Source: Oligoflexales bacterium
GTDB lineage: Bacteria; Bdellovibrionota_B; Oligoflexia; Oligoflexales; RGVZ01
NCBI GenBank assembly: GCA_044236265.1
Contig: JBIIGV010000072.1
Span: 1 to 14,708, forward strand
Direction of reading: 5' to 3'
DNA: 14,708 nt
Positions 1-6,284 of the stretch are shown one piece after another; position 1 is the first letter of the stretch, and each line of letters begins with the position of its first letter. The position numbers and the translations under genes are program-made. A model generated the notes under the pieces. That model saw only the letters and a program-made list of their open reading frames with translations, was not told the origin of the DNA and searched no databases.

Positions 1-380
1 AACCACGCCGCATAATAGCGCGCTTGATCATCTCCCGATAAAACTCGCGAGGGATTCAGGCGTTCACTCATTTGCTGTTTACGTTTTTTGATCTCAGCGA
101 TATTGCGTTCTAGATACTCTCGAAATTATTTTGCTGCTGCTCGTTCTTTGTGGGCAAGTAGCACAAAAAAATCCGTACCATCACGATCAAAGCCCATAAC
201 TCCCGCCATCCCGTAGGCTTGATCAGGAGTTAATTCAGCGGTTCCTGCCATAACTTGTGAAAGATAACTGGGTAAGCATCCGGCTCCATCCGCCAGCCGT
301 TTTTGCCCACCACGTTGAGCCACGTGATCCATCCAGTGCCGAAGCACGGCGCGGTAGCTTTCAAATGAGTACAAATCCAT
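1..380 (-). pseudogene. TIGR02147-like protein (N-terminal HTH; family expanded in Bdellovibrionota) interrupted by an in-frame TAA at 126-128; continues past the left window edge
   Basis: ORF 380->126 (MDLYSFESYRAVLRHW...QKRLADGAGCLPSYLSQVMAGTAELTPDQAY...FFVLLAHKERA) resembles the family's N-terminal pattern. Manual translation past the TAA stays open to base 1 (FREYLERNIAEIKKRKQQMSERLNPSRVLSGDDQARYYAAW) and includes a YYxxW motif typical of the family. AGGA RBS-like sequence upstream; starts 28 bp after the NMO-family stop. Confidence 0.7.
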
Positions 381-408
381 GAATCAGATCCTAATCAATG
401 GCTTTGTT

Positions 409-1389
409 CTAGCTTACGAGCTCTTTCATAATGGCATCCACAGATAAAATTTGGTCGATGGTCTCTACACTTTGTCCAGCCTGCCAAAAGTCTTTATAGC
501 TTGAGCCACGCTGATTACTTTGCTTGAGCTGCCAAATACTTTTGAGCGTGTAGAACATCCTCGCGTAATGCTTAAATGTCGGATGCTTTAGCATCCACTT
601 CGCAATTGGTCCCGCCTCAGTACCAATTGCTTCGATGTACGGGGTTTTAATGATGGAAACAGGAACCCCACTGATTTTGTCGGTTGCTACGATATCTTTT
701 TCTTTGGCCTTCAAAATGGCGTCCTTATAGTCCTGGTGCGCCGTACATTCCTTCGAGGCAATAAATCGTGTGCCGAGCTGCACACCCTCGTAGCCAATCG
801 CTAGCATGTCGCGAAACTCTTTGTGACTTCCGACACCGCCTGCACAAACAAGGGGAAGCCCAAATTGCTTCAGGTCTGTCATCAACTTTTCGGGCGACTC
901 TGTTCCAAGATGTCCACCCGCGCGATTATTGACACAAATGAGACCATCCACACCGTAGTTAACAGCACGCTCTGCCCATTTAAGATTAGTGACATCGTGA
1001 TAAACAATGCCCCCCACAGGGCGAACTTTTTCAATGACCCACGTTGGATTACCCAAAGCGGTGACAAAAAACTTAATGCCTTCTTCAACTGCGATATCAA
1101 GCCAGACCTTTAGTCGGTCTTCGTATCGTTTTGCACTTTTTTCGACCAGCAGGTTGAGACCAAGGGGCTTTTTGGTCAATGTCCGCATGTAGCGAAGACC
1201 TTCGCGAAAATCATGGCCATGAGCAAAGACTAACGAGACAGGCTGAATGATACCAATCCCTCCAGCTTCACTGGCTGCAGCAACTAATTCCGGGTTACTG
1301 CATGGGTACATGGCGCCACAAATGACTGGAATCTCAATACCGGCATGTTTTGTAAACCGATTCGGCCACGGATTTTTTTGCGACGACAT
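409..1389 (-). CDS. Nitronate monooxygenase / FabK-like FMN-dependent oxidoreductase (NMO family)
   Basis: 326 aa with family motifs ICGAM..SNPELVAAASEAGGIG, AGGH (catalytic His region), CAGG and GVQLGTRFIASKEC; GAGG RBS before the ATG at 1389. Confidence 0.9.
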   Translation of the reverse strand: MSSQKNPWPNRFTKHAGIEIPVICGAMYPCSNPELVAAASEAGGIGIIQPVSLVFAHGHDFREGLRYMRTLTKKPLGLNLLVEKSAKRYEDRLKVWLDIAVEEGIKFFVTALGNPTWVIEKVRPVGGIVYHDVTNLKWAERAVNYGVDGLICVNNRAGGHLGTESPEKLMTDLKQFGLPLVCAGGVGSHKEFRDMLAIGYEGVQLGTRFIASKECTAHQDYKDAILKAKEKDIVATDKISGVPVSIIKTPYIEAIGTEAGPIAKWMLKHPTFKHYARMFYTLKSIWQLKQSNQRGSSYKDFWQAGQSVETIDQILSVDAIMKELVS

Positions 1390-1583
1390 CTGGACCTCAA
1401 AAATGTTTTTCCATTTATTTCATACCCTTAAATAGTAGTGCCAGCGGCACCGAATTGCCATCCAAAGGGCCTGCCATTTTGAATCGGGTGTTGACGAAGG
1501 CCGAAAATCCCTGTTTCAATGACGGGTTCAAATGCCCTAAAGCTTTGAATGACCAGTTAACTTTCATGTCCTGGAGCCACCGC

Positions 1584-3602
1584 ATGACTAAAAAGTCAGC
1601 AAAACCAGCCGCTGAAGACGCACCAAAACCACGGGCGAGCAAGAAGATTACATCGAGCTCAACTGCTGAATATTTTTCAAAAAACCTGCAGCAAGTGGGC
1701 TTTTCGTCGCCGACAAAAGCCGTTTTAACCACCGTCAAAGAGGCGATGGATAACAGCCTTGATGCCTGCGAAGATCACGGCATTTTACCCAATATCAATA
1801 TTGTGATTGAGAAAATGGGTGCGGGCACGATGAAAAACACGGACCGCCTGAAAATTGTCATCGATGACAACGGTCCTGGCATCCCCGAAAACGACATTGC
1901 GAAAGTCTTTGGCGAATATCTGGCAAGCTCCAAGTTTGGACGCGGTCGCTGTAGCCGTGGTCAGCAGGGTATCGGTATTTCCGCTGCAACAACCTGGGCT
2001 CTTCAAACTACGGCAACGCCAGTGCGAGTTATTACAAAGACCAAAGATCAGCGCAAAGCCATCTCTTGCTCCATTGAAGTCGATCTTAAAAACAACAAGG
2101 GTATCGTTCGGGACCGCCAAACCATTGATTGGGATCGCAATCACGGAACATCCGTTGAGTTCATCATGGAAGGCCGCGTTCAACTAAACGGCGAGGCCGG
2201 TCTACTGAGCTACCTGCGCGGAAACGTCCTGGTCAACCCGCACATGACGTTGACCTATACATTGCCTGAAGTTGGCTCGGCCACTTATGAGCGCGTAACA
2301 CAAGACGTACCTCACGTCCCTGACGCAACCGAGCCGCATCCTCACACCATGAAACTTGGAGAGTTTTTGGCGCACGCTCGACTCTTTGGTCGCACAAAAC
2401 TTCAAACTTGGCTCAAAACCGGCTTTTCCCGGATGAGTGACAAAGTCATCACCGACATGTGGAAGGCTCAAAGCCTCCCTGCGAACCTTCTTGATAAGGG
2501 TGTAGAATCTGTTTCTGACGAAAGTTTAAAGTCAGTCTATGCCGCCGTCCAAGCCACTCAGCTTATGGCGCCAAGCACGCAAAGTGTTGTGAGCATCGGC
2601 GAAGACGCGATGTCACTTTCTGTTGAGCGTCTTGGTGAGATTGATTTCTTCGCTGTTGCGACTAGAAAGCCAACCATCTGTGACTTCAAGCCAATTCAGG
2701 TGGAAGTAGCGATCGCCCGGGTTCACGGTGCAGGCATTGATGGCGATGAACCCGTACAAGTCCTTCGCTTTGCAAACCGCGTGCCGCTGCAGTTTGATAA
2801 AGCAGCTTGTGCGATTGTAAAAGCGATCACAACCGTGAACTGGCGTTCCTACGGTCTAAGACAACCAAAAGATGCGCTGCCAACTGGTCCGTATATTTTG
2901 GCGGTTTCCATCGTGTCACCATTTATTAAGTTCAAAAACGCCTCCAAAGAAACGATCGATGCTTCCGATGAGCTTGTCGAAGAAATTCGCCGAGCTCTCA
3001 TGCAAGCAGGCCAACGCCTATCTCGCCACCTTTCACGGGAGACCAAGGCAGCCGATCTTGAAGAGAAAATTCAACACATAGAAAAGTTTGGACCAGTCCT
3101 CGTTGATACATTAGTTCGGATCACGAAGAGCCCAGACAAGCGAAAAACAGCCGCATACGAGGGATTAAAGAAAATCCTCGGCCGCGATACAGATGAAGCC
3201 CAAACGAAACTTGCCTCGGCTGAAACCGCTCTTGACGAAGCAAACTTGGCGCGTAAAAAGCGCCTCAAAGCCTTCCGAGATGAGGACTCTGCGCTTGAGG
3301 CATCCAGAGCTCCGACTCCTGAGGAGTTAGAGGCGATGGAAGCAGAAGCGTCTGAAGATTCCTCGTCTGAAGAGAATTTTGGAGAGGTTTCAGGCGACTC
3401 CGACGATGCTCCAAAAAGCAAAAAGAAAAAGAAGTCAGACGAGGACATTCTTTCCGTCTTCGCCCCAGAAAAAACAAAAGGTAAGGCAACCAAAAAAGAC
3501 GCTTCTAAAAAAGGGACTGAGAAGAAGGCTGCTGAGAAAAAACCTGAGCCCAAAGCTACGGCAAAAAAGGCAACTGCCAAAGCTCCCGCCAACAAGAAAT
3601 AA
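1584..3602 (+). CDS. top6B: DNA topoisomerase VI subunit B (GHKL ATPase, H2TH, transducer) with low-complexity charged C-terminal tail
   Basis: AEYFSKNLQQVGF; GHKL boxes TTVKEAMDNSLDAC, DDNGPGI, SSKF..SRGQQGIGIS and HGT; PHPH; LRFANRVPL; NWRSYGL; KFKNASKE (transducer lysine). Start placed at ATG 1584 (GGAG at 1573-1576) instead of the ORF-track TTG at 1455, giving 672 aa. Confidence 0.95.
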   Translation: MTKKSAKPAAEDAPKPRASKKITSSSTAEYFSKNLQQVGFSSPTKAVLTTVKEAMDNSLDACEDHGILPNINIVIEKMGAGTMKNTDRLKIVIDDNGPGIPENDIAKVFGEYLASSKFGRGRCSRGQQGIGISAATTWALQTTATPVRVITKTKDQRKAISCSIEVDLKNNKGIVRDRQTIDWDRNHGTSVEFIMEGRVQLNGEAGLLSYLRGNVLVNPHMTLTYTLPEVGSATYERVTQDVPHVPDATEPHPHTMKLGEFLAHARLFGRTKLQTWLKTGFSRMSDKVITDMWKAQSLPANLLDKGVESVSDESLKSVYAAVQATQLMAPSTQSVVSIGEDAMSLSVERLGEIDFFAVATRKPTICDFKPIQVEVAIARVHGAGIDGDEPVQVLRFANRVPLQFDKAACAIVKAITTVNWRSYGLRQPKDALPTGPYILAVSIVSPFIKFKNASKETIDASDELVEEIRRALMQAGQRLSRHLSRETKAADLEEKIQHIEKFGPVLVDTLVRITKSPDKRKTAAYEGLKKILGRDTDEAQTKLASAETALDEANLARKKRLKAFRDEDSALEASRAPTPEELEAMEAEASEDSSSEENFGEVSGDSDDAPKSKKKKKSDEDILSVFAPEKTKGKATKKDASKKGTEKKAAEKKPEPKATAKKATAKAPANKK

Positions 3603-3620
3603 CCCAGAAAGAGGACATAT

Positions 3621-4790
3621 ATGCCATCTGTTCACTCCCCAAGAAAAGGCCGCATTAACACTGATATCATGAAGCAGTGTTTAGCGCTTTGTGACCACAT
3701 GCTGACTGACCTTGAGAAGGCCAAAAGGCCAGTGCTTAAGGCAACAAAGTGTAGCCTTGATAATTCTCTTTACGATCACCGCGTAGGCTTTCTCACCCCG
3801 GGAGACAAGAAAGTCAGCACAGAGCTAAACGTCAGCTCCGTGAAAAAGATGTCTCGCTCCGTCTTCATGCTGGAAATCCTGTTGCGCAACCTGGAAACAG
3901 GCAACGTCGCCAACAAACGCGAACTTTACTACGTCAGCAAAGGTGAAATTAAGCAAAACCCCCTGCTCAAGGCCTTAGATTTTGCTGATCAAGATGAGTC
4001 CGATGAAGTGATCGATTTTATCTGCGAGATGATTGAGGCCTACCGCGAAGAACTTAACTGTTTTGCCAACGACCGCGGCGGCCAAACATACTCCCAGCAA
4101 CTTGTCGTGACTGAGACAATGTCTGATGGAACCCAGGCGGTCATTGATTTAAGCCAACTTGGAACCTCTCCATTCCAACCAAAAAACCGCCCACAGAATT
4201 TAACTCTAAAAGCCAAAAAGAAAATTGATTTCGGCATCATCATTGAGTCGGAAGGTACGGCCAACACGCTCGTAGCCAATGGTTTCACCAAGCGCCACAA
4301 CTGCATTGTGGTGGGCTCACAAGGGGTACCTTCAAACGCGGTCCGTGGATGGGTAAAACGCATCCAAGATCAACTTAAAATTCCGCTTTACTTCTTCGGA
4401 GACCTCGACGCCTATACGCTTCAAAACATTTACCGCACATTGAAGGCAGGCTCAGCGTCTTCCCTGATCCGAAACAGTGACTTCTCCGCCCCTGAAGTTA
4501 GATTTCTGGGTGTACTTCCAGAGGATATAAAGAAATACGACCTCAATGATTACTCTGTGAATGAGAAAGACGCTCAGGAAGGTCGAGCCTTGAAAAAGGC
4601 CAAAGACGCCCTACAAAATGACCCATTCTTTAGAGATAAGCGTAACAAAGGTTTAGCTGAGATCCTTGAGTGGCTTTACAAAAACAAGCGTCGTTGCGAA
4701 CAGCAGGCCTACTATTCGGTTGCTCCGCGTGATCCACAAATTGCGGAAAAGATCATTATCGAGAAGATCAAAAAAGGAAATTACGTATAA
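3621..4790 (+). CDS. top6A: DNA topoisomerase VI subunit A (Spo11-like; WHD + TOPRIM)
   Basis: 389 aa; catalytic-tyrosine motif RELYY (3918-3932), TOPRIM glutamate in IIIESEG, GSQGVPS, DxD motif FGDLDAY (D at 4401 and 4407), FLGVLPEDI and C-terminal CEQQA. Lies 18 bp after top6B with a GAGG RBS at 3611-3614. Confidence 0.95.
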   Translation: MPSVHSPRKGRINTDIMKQCLALCDHMLTDLEKAKRPVLKATKCSLDNSLYDHRVGFLTPGDKKVSTELNVSSVKKMSRSVFMLEILLRNLETGNVANKRELYYVSKGEIKQNPLLKALDFADQDESDEVIDFICEMIEAYREELNCFANDRGGQTYSQQLVVTETMSDGTQAVIDLSQLGTSPFQPKNRPQNLTLKAKKKIDFGIIIESEGTANTLVANGFTKRHNCIVVGSQGVPSNAVRGWVKRIQDQLKIPLYFFGDLDAYTLQNIYRTLKAGSASSLIRNSDFSAPEVRFLGVLPEDIKKYDLNDYSVNEKDAQEGRALKKAKDALQNDPFFRDKRNKGLAEILEWLYKNKRRCEQQAYYSVAPRDPQIAEKIIIEKIKKGNYV

Positions 4791-4793
4791 ATC

Positions 4794-4822
4794 AAAAGGG
4801 CAGCCGATTGGCTGCCCTTTTT
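4794..4822. terminator. Bidirectional rho-independent terminator between convergent top6A and the beta-barrel gene
   Basis: Perfect inverted repeat AAAAGGGCAGCC-GATT-GGCTGCCCTTTT(T), giving a T-tract on both strands; starts 3 bp after the top6A stop. Confidence 0.9.
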
Positions 4823-4840
4823 GTTTGTCTATTTCTTAAA

Positions 4841-5572
4841 TTAGAACTTTAGTCGCATACCCGCGCGAAGATTAACGTAATTTAGGTCAAGGCGGCCATC
4901 GTAGTTACTGTCAGTAGCAGCGCCAGTCTTTAGCTCAGAGAATGTCCAGCGGAAGTGGCTAGCACCAAGTCCACCGAAAAACTGACCCATTCCGACTCCA
5001 TAAGTCACGTCATAACCACCCGACAGCACAAGCCCCATCTTTTCGTCTGTCTTGGAGGTTATACCGTTTGCTTTGTAAGTGGCTTGAGCATTAGCAAAGC
5101 CAAAACCAAACCGAAGCATGCCAAACATATTGTCACCCATAGAGTGACCAATACTAAAGCGAGGCGTAAAACTAGTTGGAGTCATCGCCGCTGATACACC
5201 TTTGGTATGTTTCCAGTCAAAGGAGCGATAAGCAAATTCTGCCCCAAACTCCATACGGCTGATCATCTCCGTTTGGATCACATAGCCAGGTTCAACCCCA
5301 AAGCCATATCCCATCCCCGAGCTGCTGCTTGGTTCTGCATCATAGACAGGTCCAAAATCACCAACAACACCCAGCGTGAAGCCACCGTAAGTATTTTCAA
5401 CGACAACTTTGGGAGGTGTGCGTGCAGCCTTCATCCTCTCACCAAAGCTTTTCGATTCATCGTTATAGGTTTTGTTATAACCATCGTCACCAATTACTTC
5501 TTGTTGAGCAAAAGCTGACGTACACAATCCTGACAGAGCTGCTACTACGGATAATTTCCACCAAATACTCAT
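4841..5572 (-). CDS. Putative small outer-membrane beta-barrel protein
   Basis: 243 aa; Sec-type signal peptide ending SAFA; alternating hydrophobic/Gly/aromatic strands (GYGFGVEPGYVI, FGMLRFGFGFA, VLSGGYDVTY); C-terminal strand NLRAGMRLKF ending in Phe (beta-signal-like); GGAGG RBS. Confidence 0.75.
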   Translation of the reverse strand: MSIWWKLSVVAALSGLCTSAFAQQEVIGDDGYNKTYNDESKSFGERMKAARTPPKVVVENTYGGFTLGVVGDFGPVYDAEPSSSSGMGYGFGVEPGYVIQTEMISRMEFGAEFAYRSFDWKHTKGVSAAMTPTSFTPRFSIGHSMGDNMFGMLRFGFGFANAQATYKANGITSKTDEKMGLVLSGGYDVTYGVGMGQFFGGLGASHFRWTFSELKTGAATDSNYDGRLDLNYVNLRAGMRLKF

Positions 5573-5641
5573 TCATTCCTCCAATTTTCGACACGATATT
5601 CGATATGAGTGTCAGACTAGATTAGCATAAGTTGGTATGGA

Positions 5642-6079
5642 TTAGGATGTCGAAAAAATTGAACGTATTTGTTTGATGGCATCTGAATTTGTGAGCCTTG
5701 TGGCAAAGCTAGCCGCATTCTTCCATGGATGATCCTTATGATCTGGATCAGAGTGATATCTAGGCATGACATGCCAATGAAGATGCTCATCGACATTACC
5801 GAGAGAGACATAATTCATTTTCAGAGGCTTAAAACCTCGCTCAATAACGCGACCTACCGCCATAACGTCCGCAAAAATCGCCAGTGCCTCGGCCTCCGGT
5901 AAACTGTGAATCTCGCGAATGTGTTTTTTTGCGATGACAACGCAGTAGCCCGGAAAGTATTGATGGTCTCCAGCGATAACGATCACATGATTAGTTTGCC
6001 AGACAAGGCTTTCGAGCTCTCCACGCGTTGCCTTTTGCAGCCTTTCACAGTGTGGGCAATTTGGTTTGAGATTTGACAT
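5642..6079 (-). CDS. HIT (histidine triad) family nucleotide hydrolase
   Basis: 145 aa; N-terminal CPHC, PGYCVVIAKKH, KMNYVSLGNVDEHLHWHVMPR (HxHxH triad); GGAGG RBS upstream. Confidence 0.92.
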   Translation of the reverse strand: MSNLKPNCPHCERLQKATRGELESLVWQTNHVIVIAGDHQYFPGYCVVIAKKHIREIHSLPEAEALAIFADVMAVGRVIERGFKPLKMNYVSLGNVDEHLHWHVMPRYHSDPDHKDHPWKNAASFATRLTNSDAIKQIRSIFSTS

Positions 6080-6219
6080 AACATTGATCCTCCGTCACCA
6101 CCGTATAACGTCTGGCTTACCTGGAGCTAATCCGAGACTCCCGTGCAACCAATCTAGACTTGGCGGGCTTTTTCCTAACCATTACCGGCGTTTAGTAGAC
6201 ATTATGCAGCCTCAGCCAA

Positions 6220-6252
6220 CTTATTGCCAATAAGCTAGCGCGCAGTTAATGT
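6220..6252 (+). promoter_or_regulatory. Candidate sigma70 promoter for the mfd operon, overlapped by a palindrome
   Basis: TTGCCA (6224-6229), 17-bp spacer, TAATGT (6247-6252), ending about 32 bp before the mfd TTG. The palindrome CTTATTG-C-CAATAAG (6220-6234) covers the -35 box. Confidence 0.35.
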
Positions 6253-6284
6253 AAGAGCTCGAAATCTGGGGGGAAAATAATTCT

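Noticed and set aside
1445..1459. Sigma54-like CGGCACCGAATTGCC upstream of top6B
   Set aside because: GG-to-GC spacing is 9 nt; sigma54 promoters require 10 nt.
1455..1583. 43-codon N-terminal extension of Top6B from the TTG at 1455 (ORF track)
   Set aside because: No RBS at 1455 and the translated extension does not resemble Top6B; ATG 1584 has a well-spaced GGAG. The stretch is better explained as the promoter region.
3071..3595. 174-aa hydrophobic antisense ORF resembling a membrane protein
   Set aside because: Shadow of the Lys/Ala/Glu-rich Top6B tail: AAA/AAG/GAA codons read as Phe/Leu/Ser on the reverse strand.
1584..4790. GHKL + TOPRIM pair as an anti-phage/anti-plasmid defence system (Wadjet JetD-like, Topo VIII or Mini-A)
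   Set aside because: Both proteins carry full-length canonical Topo VI signatures as separate B and A genes; there are no SMC/kleisin or other defence genes nearby and no island features.
5590..5613. Imperfect hairpin GACAC-GATATTCGATATGA-GTGTC between the HIT and beta-barrel genes
   Set aside because: Short interrupted stem with no U-tract in the transcribed direction; not supportable as a terminator.
6140..6173. Terminator- or riboswitch-like hairpin CCCG..CCAA-TCTAGAC-TTGG-CGGG-CTTTTT in the HIT/mfd intergenic region
   Set aside because: The stem needs a 5-nt bulge, I recognise no RNA-family motif, and no upstream plus-strand gene exists to terminate. An Rfam/Infernal scan would settle it.
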